Part shown: positions 29,943 to 39,281 of the stretch, piece by piece
Numbering within the stretch: position 1 is the stretch's first letter
Layout of the letters: the number at the start of each line of letters is the position of its first letter
DNA from: an uncultured SAR86 cluster bacterium
GTDB lineage: Bacteria > Pseudomonadota > Gammaproteobacteria > Magnimaribacterales > AG-339-G14
Length of the DNA stretch: 64,000 nt
Assembly: GCA_902624765.1 (NCBI GenBank)
Contig: CACNYO010000001.1
Span: 29,907 to 93,906, forward strand
Direction: 5' to 3'
Translations under genes and position numbers: made by a program
The notes under the pieces: generated by a model
What the model was told of the DNA's origin: nothing
The model's database searches: none
Seen by the model: only the letters and a program-made list of their open reading frames with translations

Positions 29943-31936
29943 TGCAATTCTATAAATCTGACCTCCTTCAATATATATCAGGATCGATCTCTGATACTAA
30001 CCTTTTAGAACAGCTTACAGAGTTGGGGCTAGAAGTTGACCAATCAAAAAAGGAAAAAAATGATTTACTAATCAAACTAGATTTAACTCCCAACAGAGGA
30101 GACTGTTTTAGCTTGATAGGGATAGCTAGAGAAGTTTGTGCAGTTAATAATTTAAAATTAAAACTGCCAAAGTTTAAGAAGCAACAACAAAATCTCGATT
30201 CTAAAAAAACTATTTCTGTAGATAAAATCGCCTGTTCAAGCTATCTAGGTCAAATCATCAAACTAAAGAATAAAGGTAAAACTCCGCAATACATCAAAAA
30301 AACTCTAAAGGCTGCTGATATTGGCCAAGTAAATACAATAGTAGATATTACAAACTACGTAATGCTCCATACTGGACAACCTTTGCATGCTTTTGATAAT
30401 AAAAAAATTGGCAAAAAAATTTATGTCAAATTTCCATCCAAAAGAACAAAGTTAAAACTTCTTGATGGTGCTTCCCATTTTATAACTAAAGACTACCTGA
30501 CAATATGCGATGAAAAAGGACCAATAGCCCTGGCTGGAATTATGGGTTGTGCAAATTCTGAAGTGGATGAAACAACTCAGGAAATTTTTTTAGAGTCAGC
30601 ATGTTTTGCACCAGCTAGCATTAGAGGAAATGCAAGAAAGTTAGGCTTTCAATCTGAGGCATCATTAAGATTTGAAAGAGGAGTTGATAAAGAAATTCAA
30701 GAGTATGCAATTAATTTTGCCGGACAACTTTATGCTGAAATCTTTGGAGGAGACTTTTCAACGATTTTTAGACAATCTAAAAATCATAAAGCAAAGAAAA
30801 TATTGATAAGTAAGGAATTCATTGATTCAAGGCTTGGGACAAAAATTCCTGCTACCAAGGTCATTAAACTTTTAAAGGCTCTGGAATTTAAAGCTCAATC
30901 AAAAAGAAATTTAATCGAGCTAACCTGTCCTCCTCACCGATACGATATAGAAATTAAAGAAGATGTTATCGAAGAGATAGCGAGAATAATCGGATACGAT
31001 AATTTACCTAGCAAAAGATTGAAATTGCTAGCTTCCTCCCCCGAGGATAAATCTATTGAAAAAGAGAAACTGAGTAAAGATATTTTTGTTAATGCTGGCT
31101 TTAATGAAGTTATTAATTACGCTTTTGTTGATTCATCTTTCATTAAAATGCTCGGATTTAATAACGATTCAATTGAACTTACCAACCCTATGTCCAGCAA
31201 TCAGGATGTAATGCGACCTTCCCTTGTTCCAGGATTGTTAAATAACTTTGAATATAATTTCAATAGAGGTACTCAAAAATTTAGAATCTTTGAGGTTGGG
31301 AACGTCTTTACTAAAGAAGAGAGTTGGAAAAGTCTTGCTGGACTGCTCTATTTTGATAAATCTTCATCTGATTGGTCCGGTTCTTTTAAAAGTAGCTTTT
31401 ACGATCTCAGAAAAAGCATAGATTTATTTTTTTCAAGATTAAATATTGAACCCATTTATAACAAAGCTTCCATTAATCATTTGCATCCAGGAATATCAGC
31501 AGAAATAAAAATGAAAACTAAATCAATAGGAAATATTGGTATCTTGCATCCAGCGATTCAAAGAAAACTTAAGTTACCCGATATTGTTTTGTTTGAGATA
31601 AATTTAGACTCTATAAAATTACCTAAAATTAATTCGATAGCTCAACCACCAAAATTTCCAGGAAGTGAAAGGGATTTATCCTTTCTTGTCTCTAAAGAAA
31701 TACCTGCTAATGATTTTATAAAGGAGCTTAAAAACGCTGGAGGCATTAATTTAAGGTCTGTTTCATTGATTGATGTTTATCAAGGTAAAGGAATTGATGA
31801 ATCTTTAAAAAGCATGACTTTTCGACTTTTTTGGCAAGCGACTGGAGCCACATTGGAAGATAAAGAAGTAGATCAATTTGTTGAGAATCAAATTAATCAT
31901 GCGGCTAAAATATTTAAGGCAAAATTAAGATCGTAA
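29942..31936 (+). CDS. pheT: phenylalanine--tRNA ligase beta subunit, short form lacking the N-terminal OB-fold tRNA-binding (B2) domain
   Basis: B1 N-terminus (…LTELGLEVD), then TPNRGDC directly, then B3/B4 (VDITNYVMLHTGQPLHAFD), B5 (…PPHRYDIEIKEDVIEE…), and the B6-B8 and FDX-ACB C-terminus. 664 aa versus about 795 in E. coli. Confidence 0.9.
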   Translation: MQFYKSDLLQYISGSISDTNLLEQLTELGLEVDQSKKEKNDLLIKLDLTPNRGDCFSLIGIAREVCAVNNLKLKLPKFKKQQQNLDSKKTISVDKIACSSYLGQIIKLKNKGKTPQYIKKTLKAADIGQVNTIVDITNYVMLHTGQPLHAFDNKKIGKKIYVKFPSKRTKLKLLDGASHFITKDYLTICDEKGPIALAGIMGCANSEVDETTQEIFLESACFAPASIRGNARKLGFQSEASLRFERGVDKEIQEYAINFAGQLYAEIFGGDFSTIFRQSKNHKAKKILISKEFIDSRLGTKIPATKVIKLLKALEFKAQSKRNLIELTCPPHRYDIEIKEDVIEEIARIIGYDNLPSKRLKLLASSPEDKSIEKEKLSKDIFVNAGFNEVINYAFVDSSFIKMLGFNNDSIELTNPMSSNQDVMRPSLVPGLLNNFEYNFNRGTQKFRIFEVGNVFTKEESWKSLAGLLYFDKSSSDWSGSFKSSFYDLRKSIDLFFSRLNIEPIYNKASINHLHPGISAEIKMKTKSIGNIGILHPAIQRKLKLPDIVLFEINLDSIKLPKINSIAQPPKFPGSERDLSFLVSKEIPANDFIKELKNAGGINLRSVSLIDVYQGKGIDESLKSMTFRLFWQATGATLEDKEVDQFVENQINHAAKIFKAKLRS

Positions 31937-31938
31937 TA

Positions 31939-32217
31939 ATGGCAATAACTAAACTAGAATTAGCAAATCACTTACATAAAAAAATGGGTTTACCAAAAAA
32001 AGACTGCCTAGATTTTGTTAATTCTTTTTTTACTGAAATTTCTAATAGCCTTGAAAAAGGGGAAGAAGTAAAACTTAGTGGTTTTGGTAATTTTTCTCTG
32101 TTGAAAAAGAAAGCGCGTCCAGGCAGAAATCCTAAAACTGGTGAAGAATATGTAGTTTCTGCAAGAACTTCTATTTCTTTTAAACCTGGTCGAAAATTAA
32201 GGGAAAAAATTGTCTGA
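31939..32217 (+). CDS. ihfA: integration host factor alpha subunit
   Basis: HU/IHF fold with GFGNFSL..K.ARPGRNPKTGE. Sits in the canonical position after pheT. Confidence 0.85.
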   Translation: MAITKLELANHLHKKMGLPKKDCLDFVNSFFTEISNSLEKGEEVKLSGFGNFSLLKKKARPGRNPKTGEEYVVSARTSISFKPGRKLREKIV

Positions 32218-32539
32218 TATTGATTTTTCTTCATTGCCCAACAAAAAGTATTATTCAATTTCAGAAGTCTCGTCTCTACTTGGAATCAAGCAGACTGAAA
32301 TAAGATATTGGGAAAAATTTGAACCTAAATTAAGATCTAAAAGTATAACTAGATCCTACGATTTAAAAAAATTAAAACTTTTAATAGAAATAAAAAAACT
32401 TATCAAAGATCAAGGTATAAAACCTGCGAAAGTAAACCTTTATTTATCAAGTAAAAAGATCAGAAAATCAAATAATTTAGAAATCAAAAAAGAATTAACA
32501 AACATCAAGAATAGCATTAAAAAAGCTAGCAAACTTTAA
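32210..32539 (+). CDS. MerR-family helix-turn-helix transcriptional regulator (small)
   Basis: YSISEVSSLLGIKQTEIRYWEKF is an HTH typical of MerR. TTG start overlaps the ihfA end. The same position is occupied by a MerR-like gene after ihfA in pseudomonads, as far as I recall. Confidence 0.65.
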   Translation: MSDIDFSSLPNKKYYSISEVSSLLGIKQTEIRYWEKFEPKLRSKSITRSYDLKKLKLLIEIKKLIKDQGIKPAKVNLYLSSKKIRKSNNLEIKKELTNIKNSIKKASKL

Positions 32540-32578
32540 ATTAAATAGTATTATCAAATATAGGAAAAGGAGAAAAAT

Positions 32579-32815
32579 ATGAAAAATTATGGGTCAATAT
32601 TTTTAATTATCACATTTTTAGTTCTTGTTTCATGCGGAGGCGGAGGAGGTGGATCCTCTTCATCGGTTGGTTCATCAGGATCTTCATCAGGCTCAGGATC
32701 AGGTTCGGGAACAGGAGCTGGCACAGGTTCAGGAAGCTCTACCGGAACTTCAAGCGATATTAATCCAGCAGATTATGTTCTTCCGACAAAAGTTGAAGCA
32801 ATCAAAGTAGAGTAA
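32579..32815 (+). CDS. small lipoprotein with a 40-residue Gly/Ser/Thr linker
   Basis: Signal peptide plus lipobox LVS-C19, and an AAGGAG SD 7 nt upstream. The mature part is G/S/T/A only until the last 19 aa (DINPADYVLPTKVEAIKVE). Confidence 0.7.
   Translation: MKNYGSIFLIITFLVLVSCGGGGGGSSSSVGSSGSSSGSGSGSGTGAGTGSGSSTGTSSDINPADYVLPTKVEAIKVE
32636..32755 (+). repeat. low-complexity G/S-coding tract (cryptic short GGn/TCn/AGC repeats) inside the lipoprotein gene
   Basis: Reiterated ggatc/tcagg/ggttc units encode GGGGGGSSSSVGSSGSSSGSGSGSGTGAGTGSGSSTGTSS. The tract also creates a spurious alternative-frame ORF (32625-32810). Confidence 0.8.
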
Positions 32816-32832
32816 ATCAATAGAGGATAGTT

Positions 32833-35800
32833 ATGAAAATTTTTTACATTATATTTATTTTTTTATCCGTAACGGCTTTTTCACAAAGCTATTCAGAAGA
32901 TAAAGTTGAAATCTATACGGCAAATAATCAAGTTGAGGAAACACTCAACACGGCTAACAATATTCTTTGCATAATTTCCAAGATTAAAGCAGAGCAGTTC
33001 ATAGATAAGGGTCCTTACAAGGCCCAACTCTATGACAGTAGATGTGATACTGCTGGCGCAAGAGCTGATGCTCAAGCTGCGGCACAAGGAGGTCAACAGC
33101 AGTCGGCGGCGCCGGATATTGAAATTGCTAGCACTATGATTGTGGATGTTAAAAGCGCATTTAGCGAAGTTCAAAATACAGATTATCTTGAAGTTAAATC
33201 ATGGTTTTACATGGAAGGAGATTATTCAGAGGCACAAGAGTCTTACGAAGGAATGTGGGATCAAGAACCTGATCAGCTAATTTATGTTTTAACAAAAGTA
33301 TGGTCGGGGGCAACAGAAGAAGATCCTAATGGTGACCTGGAGTTGGATTTTGTAGTGGAATCTAATTGTAAAAATGCTCCTTATCAAGAATACGATGAAG
33401 CCGTAGCCGCAGCTGCAGAAGCAGGCGTGGAGGAAGGCACGCGAGCATTTTGGGAATTCACGGATCAATTTTGGAAATGTCCTCCAATAGGCTATCAGAT
33501 GGGAGCTGGAAAGCTTGATACAACCGACGACAAGGTTTTATTCCTAGGTCCTCAAGGAAGAAGCATTCAACTTACTGAAAACGCCAACGGTAGAGATGGA
33601 GTATGGCAACAAACATATGTAGAATGCATTATAGACGGTGCTCACGTCCAGTACCAAAATCAAGAAGCTGCGGGCTGTGGCGAGACCAGTGATCAAAATC
33701 CTAATTGGTGGTTTGTAGACACTTCTTTAGGTTTTTCTTTCGATGAAACCACAAAAGCATCCTGTAAAAAAATGGTTCAAGCTACCAGAAGACAGTTCGA
33801 TGGTGAGCAACAGGTAGAAACGGATGTTACTGAAGACTGGAAAGCTATCGATTGGAATATTGAACAATATCCCTGGTTGGCAATGGATGGTCCAGCCCAA
33901 GGTATAACTGAGGTTTGTGAATCAACCGCAGCAGAAGATGCTAAGTTAGCTGTATGGGAGTATGGTTTATACACTACGGCTGATGATCTTAGATACGACT
34001 TAAGCAAACCAGGATTTGAACTTAAGTCCGATGAAGAATTTCCTGATCCATACAATGAAGGCAGCACTCATCCCATCTATGCTTGGGCTGACTACTGGGG
34101 AACGCATGTTGGGGAAGAGTGGCGAGAGAATCTTACTGAAACCACAGCTTTCTCTAAAGTAAATTCCGACGACACTGGAACTTACACCCTTAAGCAAAGA
34201 AAAATGAGTCTTCGAAAAATGTCAGTTGACAACGTTTCTTTAGATAGTCTTTCAGGTGTTGAGCTAAACCTGCATATTGAGTGGGACCTTAAGCAAATTG
34301 GCGATGAATGTTGGTGGAATAGGACTGACAACGGAGGATACAGGTTCACCGGCATGATGGATGGAACTAAGCCTGTTCTCAGATCTGCTCTAGATAGGGA
34401 TGGTGATGGAGAAGACGACCGTTGTGATAGGGAAAGATGGCAAAAACTTGGAGTTCCTGTTGGTTCGGTTGATGAAAATGGAAATCCATATACTATATTT
34501 TTGGGTTACTGGGATGCCACTGCAGCACTAGATGGATCTACTGCGGTGGGACAATTTATTTTTGATACCGCGGTAGTTCAAGTCAATAATCGTTGGGTAG
34601 ATGAAGTAGATATCACTCCTTTCGCTTTTACTCCTGCCGAATACTTAGCTGCCTGGGATGATAATTTAGACAGTAGCGATGGCTATGAAGTTTGGAGAAA
34701 TCTTTGGGCTCATGGAAGAGGTCAAGGGTATGAAATTAAAGGGGACGCGCTAGCAGCGCCAGATACGCCACTTGTAAAAAGACGAACAGAAAAGGATCTC
34801 ACTGCAAGCGACATAAGCGGCCTTACTCTAGGTTGCATTGAAAGATGTCTTTCTGGAGCTAGCATGAAACAGTATTTCGATGAGGCTCTAGCGCTTATTG
34901 CAACAGGCACTGCAGAAAACCCTGCTACTGGAAACGTTACCAATCCTTATACCAGTCCAGCAAAATTAGGTGGAGATGCCAGTGCAATCCAAACGGGACC
35001 TTATGTAAGAAGTGGCGATAGAAAAGGGGACTGGACTCAAGAAGGTGTTCTATCTGGAGAGGTGGTTAAGTATCAAGCTTCCACAGACACACTAGTCGTT
35101 ATCGCCGAACAAGATGCTTCTCAAACTCCTCTTGCACTTCCAGCAAAAATGTATGAGCTCGGTAATCCTTGGGAATACTTTGAAGGGAACATATGCATTC
35201 TTCAGCCTAATGGTATAGATACCGATTGTTGGGGGATGAAGAACCACATGACTTTGTTTGACATGGCAAATATTGCAGACGTTGAATGTGAAAAAACTCG
35301 TGATACAGATGCGGATGGTAAAGGAGACGCCTATGAAATTCATGAATCATCCATAGTTCAAAATTCAGAACAATTAAGATTATGTTCAAATAAATTATGG
35401 CAAATGGATGAATTTTACGAAGTTCATTGGGATTCGTGGGTCAACTATCAAGTTTATGATTCTGCAGGTGCCCTTGTAGAGATCTCAAGACCTGAAGGCG
35501 TCACTCTAAGCTTGCCGAAAGATCAAGCCAAATACGGTAAAGATGCTGGTAAGAAAAAGACTCTTGAATACGCCGGATTTGGAAGACTTCATGGATTCGA
35601 ATGGACTAACTTCGACATTAAAAATTGGGTTGATAAAGGTGAATATTTTGACTGGAATAGTGCCACTGAAGAGGAAAGACAAAATATTAGAGGCTTTCCA
35701 ACCTATGTTATTCCCAACGGAACTATTGTGATGGCACAAGACGGTGAAACAGAATTGAAATCAAAATTTTTGAGAGGAGAATATTACCTAAAACCTCTCG

Positions 35801-35970
35801 ATGCTAGTTTGTATGACAATTTATACACCACAAATCCGCAAGTACTAGTGGGTTTACGACCCGAGGTTTACGACACAGCATTCATAGGCCCCGTGCCTGA
35901 TGATTCACTTCTTCTTAACGGAGGTGAAGCTTGTGTTGACCACGGTGAGATAATAGCCGCTTGTCAATAA
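32833..35970 (+). CDS. large secreted protein of unknown function (acidic, Trp-rich, 18 Cys, two DxDxDG Ca-loop-like motifs)
   Basis: 1045-aa ORF with a GAGGA SD and a signal peptide (…LSVTAFS|QS). No other hydrophobic segments. [12 protein letters not shown] (34393-34428) and [12 protein letters not shown] (35302-35337). I recognise no named domain. Confidence 0.8.
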   Translation: MKIFYIIFIFLSVTAFSQSYSEDKVEIYTANNQVEETLNTANNILCIISKIKAEQFIDKGPYKAQLYDSRCDTAGARADAQAAAQGGQQQSAAPDIEIASTMIVDVKSAFSEVQNTDYLEVKSWFYMEGDYSEAQESYEGMWDQEPDQLIYVLTKVWSGATEEDPNGDLELDFVVESNCKNAPYQEYDEAVAAAAEAGVEEGTRAFWEFTDQFWKCPPIGYQMGAGKLDTTDDKVLFLGPQGRSIQLTENANGRDGVWQQTYVECIIDGAHVQYQNQEAAGCGETSDQNPNWWFVDTSLGFSFDETTKASCKKMVQATRRQFDGEQQVETDVTEDWKAIDWNIEQYPWLAMDGPAQGITEVCESTAAEDAKLAVWEYGLYTTADDLRYDLSKPGFELKSDEEFPDPYNEGSTHPIYAWADYWGTHVGEEWRENLTETTAFSKVNSDDTGTYTLKQRKMSLRKMSVDNVSLDSLSGVELNLHIEWDLKQIGDECWWNRTDNGGYRFTGMMDGTKPVLRSALDRDGDGEDDRCDRERWQKLGVPVGSVDENGNPYTIFLGYWDATAALDGSTAVGQFIFDTAVVQVNNRWVDEVDITPFAFTPAEYLAAWDDNLDSSDGYEVWRNLWAHGRGQGYEIKGDALAAPDTPLVKRRTEKDLTASDISGLTLGCIERCLSGASMKQYFDEALALIATGTAENPATGNVTNPYTSPAKLGGDASAIQTGPYVRSGDRKGDWTQEGVLSGEVVKYQASTDTLVVIAEQDASQTPLALPAKMYELGNPWEYFEGNICILQPNGIDTDCWGMKNHMTLFDMANIADVECEKTRDTDADGKGDAYEIHESSIVQNSEQLRLCSNKLWQMDEFYEVHWDSWVNYQVYDSAGALVEISRPEGVTLSLPKDQAKYGKDAGKKKTLEYAGFGRLHGFEWTNFDIKNWVDKGEYFDWNSATEEERQNIRGFPTYVIPNGTIVMAQDGETELKSKFLRGEYYLKPLDASLYDNLYTTNPQVLVGLRPEVYDTAFIGPVPDDSLLLNGGEACVDHGEIIAACQ

Positions 35971-35998
35971 TGCTCAACACGCCCTGATATAATATTAT

Positions 35999-36077
<79 letters not shown>

Positions 36078-36085
36078 AAATTTAT

Positions 36086-37258
36086 ATGGAAAGAAAGTAT
36101 CAGATAATTATTTATGGAGCCACAGGATTTACTGGAAGGCTTTGTGCTCAATACTTCAATACCAATTATCCTAATCTAAAATGGGCAATTGCTGGCAGAG
36201 ACTCAAAAAAATTAGAAAATCTTAAATCTGAATTAGGCCTAGATTGCGATAGCTTTGTTGCCTCGGCTAATGATATAGAAGCTATTAATAATTTTGTTTC
36301 GTTAACTAAAGTAGTATTGTCCACCGCTGGCCCGTTCGCTCGTTATAGTGATGAAGTAGTCAGGTCCTGTGTCAAATATAAAACTCATTACACTGACATA
36401 ACCGGAGAAAATCATTGGGTGAAAGACCTAATTGATGAACATCACATTAAAGCATCTGAGGACGATACAAGAATTATTCCTTCATGTGGTTACGATTCTA
36501 TTCCTTCTGATATGGGTGTCTTTTACTCAATTCAACAAATGGGAAAGTCCGTTAAAAAAATCACAGTGTATCATTCAGGTCAAGGAGGGGTAAGTGGGGG
36601 CACAACTGAAACAATGTTTACTATTGGACCCCTTCCAAAAGAAAAAAGAGATCCCTTTCTCTTAAATCCACAAAATAGTGTTTCGGAAATTCAAAGGAAA
36701 CTCAGTAAAGATGGTTTTGAAATCAAACAAATAGAAAATACAGATTCATATTCAGGCATCGGTTTGATGTCTTTTGCAAACACAAGAGTCGTAAGACGAA
36801 GTTCAGCTTTATATGATGAAGATCAAAGGAGTTATGGTTCTGATTTCATTTTTAAAGAGCTTGGAAGTTATCCATCAAAAAGATCGGCAAGATTGGCAAG
36901 TTTCGGATTGATATTTGCTTTTTTAATAATCTCAACACCCTTAAGGCATATAATAAGGAGATTTTTGCCTAAACCAGGAGAAGGTCCTGATGAAGAAACC
37001 CGTGAAAATGGTTGGTTTAAAGGATTATTTAAGGTTGAGGCTGCAGATGGAGAAATTAAATACTTTCAGATTTACGGAGAAGGAGATCCAGGTTACAAAG
37101 CTACAGCTCAGATGGTTTGCGAGTCTGCTATGACTCTAGCTATTTCTGATGAACTTGAGACTGGAGGGGTTTTAACTTCTGCCTACGGACTAGGCAATCC
37201 ACTATTAAAGAGGTTGATTAAGTCTGGAATAAAATTTGAGGAAGTTATTTATAACTAA
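36086..37258 (+). CDS. saccharopine dehydrogenase-like NAD(P)-binding oxidoreductase family protein
   Basis: [15 protein letters not shown] Rossmann N-terminus and overall family resemblance. The start is taken at MERKYQ. The track's longer ORF begins inside the tRNA. Confidence 0.7.
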   Translation: MERKYQIIIYGATGFTGRLCAQYFNTNYPNLKWAIAGRDSKKLENLKSELGLDCDSFVASANDIEAINNFVSLTKVVLSTAGPFARYSDEVVRSCVKYKTHYTDITGENHWVKDLIDEHHIKASEDDTRIIPSCGYDSIPSDMGVFYSIQQMGKSVKKITVYHSGQGGVSGGTTETMFTIGPLPKEKRDPFLLNPQNSVSEIQRKLSKDGFEIKQIENTDSYSGIGLMSFANTRVVRRSSALYDEDQRSYGSDFIFKELGSYPSKRSARLASFGLIFAFLIISTPLRHIIRRFLPKPGEGPDEETRENGWFKGLFKVEAADGEIKYFQIYGEGDPGYKATAQMVCESAMTLAISDELETGGVLTSAYGLGNPLLKRLIKSGIKFEEVIYN

Positions 37259-37357
37259 AGATTAGCACTTTATAACCTCAACCTTCATTTTTTTTATATA
37301 GAATGCACCTGTTCAGGTAATCTTTCTCCCCCATAATCTCTCCTATTTCCTGAACAT

Positions 37358-37378
37358 GGCGGGTTTAATAAACCCGCC
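37358..37378. other. GC-rich perfect hairpin in the intergenic region (GGCGGGTTT-AAT-AAACCCGCC). Possible terminator or structured-RNA element.
   Basis: 9-bp perfect stem with a 3-nt loop, about 100 nt downstream of the preceding stop. No U-tract on either strand, so it is not a canonical intrinsic terminator. Confidence 0.35.
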
Positions 37379-37452
37379 AAATTATGGTAGGTTAGTGGGT
37401 ATTAATTTTAATAGGTTGGGCGAAATATTCTCGCTGATCTACCACCAATTTT

Positions 37453-38853
37453 ATGAATCTTTTCATTTTCTCCGAAGACCTAAGAATTGAAGACAATAAA
37501 GCTCTATATGAAGCTTCATTAGATCAAAATGGTTTAGTTGCTTTATACATCATTGATAAAGCAAAAAATAATGACCATGGAGATAGTTTAGCTAAACTAA
37601 AACTAAAACTTTTAGCTCTTGAGAAAATCAAAGAATCTTTGATATCTCTGAATATTTCGTTAAAGATTCTCTATTCCAAAGCTATTTCAGAAGAGCCTGC
37701 TGATATTTTAAATTTTTGTAAGCAAAACGAAATAAAAAATATTTTTCTTAACTCTGAATATCCCTTTAATGAGAGACAACGAAATGAAAAGTTACAAAAT
37801 ATTTGTCACGAATTCGAAATTGATTTTAAAGAATTTGATTCTCAATTAATTGATCCCAATCAAGTTAAAAATAATTCAGGACAACCTTTTAAGGTTTTTA
37901 CACCCTTTTCAAAGAGAATAAGACTGCTAATGTCATCAGATATTCTTAGCGAAACACCTGCGCCTCTTAAACAAAAAAAAATAATACTCGATCAAGACAC
38001 CATTCCTCAACTTCAAGATGCATACGATCAGGAACTTAACTTTTCTTTTGATGATTTCCCTTTTACAGAAAGTTCTGCGAAACGAAGGTTAGATGAGTTC
38101 ATTGATTCTTCAATTCAAAATTATAAAGAATTCAGAGATATTCCAAGCTTATCTGCAACAAGTAACTTATCATCTTCATTTGCAATAGGTTTGATTTCCT
38201 CAAAACAAGCTATAAACAAAGTACTCGCAAAGCTTCCTCATGAAATTGGTACAGGTCAATTCACATGGATAACGGAAATAATTTGGAGGGAGTTCTATAA
38301 ATATATTACCTATCACTTTCCTCAGGTGTCAAAAGGCAAAAGTTTTAATTCAAAATATGATTACATTATCTGGAGAAATGATGAAGTGTCTTTCCAAAAA
38401 TGGTGCGAAGGAAAAACTGGAGTTCCGATTATTGATGCAGCTATGAGACAGTTGAATCAAACTAAATGGATGCACAACCGTTTAAGGATGATAACAGCTA
38501 TGTTTTTGAGCAAAAACTTATTAATTGATTGGAGAAAAGGTGAGAGATACTTCATGGAAAACTTAATAGATGGTGATTTTTGTTCAAATAACGGTGGCTG
38601 GCAATGGAGTGCATCTACCGGAGTTGATTCATCTCCTTATTTTAGGATTTTCAATCCAATTACACAGTCTGAAAAATTTGATCCTGATGGGATTTTTATA
38701 AAAAGGTTTGTGCCTGAGTTAATTGACTGCCCACCTAATGAGATACACAACCCCTCAATTGAAACTAGATCATCTTTAAACTATCCTGAAATGATTGTAG
38801 ACTTGAAATCCTCAAGACTAAGAGCAATAGATGCATTCAAATCAATCAAATAA
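37453..38853 (+). CDS. phrB: deoxyribodipyrimidine photolyase (class I CPD type)
   Basis: N-terminal photolyase alpha/beta domain (FSEDLRIEDNKAL) and FAD-binding C-terminus (TGVPIIDAAMRQL..TKWMHNRLRM, DGDF.SNNGGWQW). Confidence 0.85.
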   Translation: MNLFIFSEDLRIEDNKALYEASLDQNGLVALYIIDKAKNNDHGDSLAKLKLKLLALEKIKESLISLNISLKILYSKAISEEPADILNFCKQNEIKNIFLNSEYPFNERQRNEKLQNICHEFEIDFKEFDSQLIDPNQVKNNSGQPFKVFTPFSKRIRLLMSSDILSETPAPLKQKKIILDQDTIPQLQDAYDQELNFSFDDFPFTESSAKRRLDEFIDSSIQNYKEFRDIPSLSATSNLSSSFAIGLISSKQAINKVLAKLPHEIGTGQFTWITEIIWREFYKYITYHFPQVSKGKSFNSKYDYIIWRNDEVSFQKWCEGKTGVPIIDAAMRQLNQTKWMHNRLRMITAMFLSKNLLIDWRKGERYFMENLIDGDFCSNNGGWQWSASTGVDSSPYFRIFNPITQSEKFDPDGIFIKRFVPELIDCPPNEIHNPSIETRSSLNYPEMIVDLKSSRLRAIDAFKSIK

Positions 38854-39280
38854 ATCAGATAATAGACCTGTTTACCTAGATATTTTTAACGCCAAAGTCG
38901 AAAAAATAGATAAGGCTGATGAAACTTTATTAATGAGCTTTCAAGTATCATCAGACTTTTGCCATACCGGTGGAAGAGTTCTTCAAGGCGGATTTGTTGC
39001 CACTATGCTTGATTGTTCTATGGCTTTTCTGGCTTTTGAGCTTACGGATTATGAAAAATCTCCCATGACGATTGATATGAATATAAATTATTTATCTTCT
39101 GGAGCTCCTGGCAAATATTTAGCTAAAGCAAAAGTAATTAAGATTGGAAAATCAATTGGATTTCTATCTTCAGAATTATTTCAAGACGACAAACTCGTTG
39201 CCTCTGCTTCTTGTTCAGCGAAAATGGCTGATATAAACAAAAAATATCTGAAGCAGATGAAAGAAACTGTAAGAAAATAA
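38831..39280 (+). CDS. PaaI/hotdog-fold thioesterase
   Basis: The GGRVLQGGFVATMLDCSMA block is typical of PaaI-type thioesterases. The start is uncertain (23-nt overlap with phrB). Confidence 0.65.
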   Translation: MHSNQSNKSDNRPVYLDIFNAKVEKIDKADETLLMSFQVSSDFCHTGGRVLQGGFVATMLDCSMAFLAFELTDYEKSPMTIDMNINYLSSGAPGKYLAKAKVIKIGKSIGFLSSELFQDDKLVASASCSAKMADINKKYLKQMKETVRK

Positions 39281-39281
39281 T

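Noticed and set aside
31968-32258. 96-aa ORF antisense to ihfA
   Set aside because: The ihfA reading frame has an unmistakable HU/IHF signature. The antisense frame is a by-product of codon bias.
32625-32810. 61-aa ORF in an alternative plus-strand frame overlapping the lipoprotein gene
   Set aside because: It is an artefact of the stop-codon-free G/S-coding repeats. The lipoprotein frame has the SD, signal peptide and lipobox.
33777-34197. Antisense ORFs (96 aa, 65 aa, and others at 32893, 34722, 35092, 35207 and 35506) opposite the 1045-aa gene
   Set aside because: All of them are nested in one long uninterrupted plus-strand ORF that has a signal peptide and an SD. Their translations are Ser/Leu-rich low-complexity sequence.
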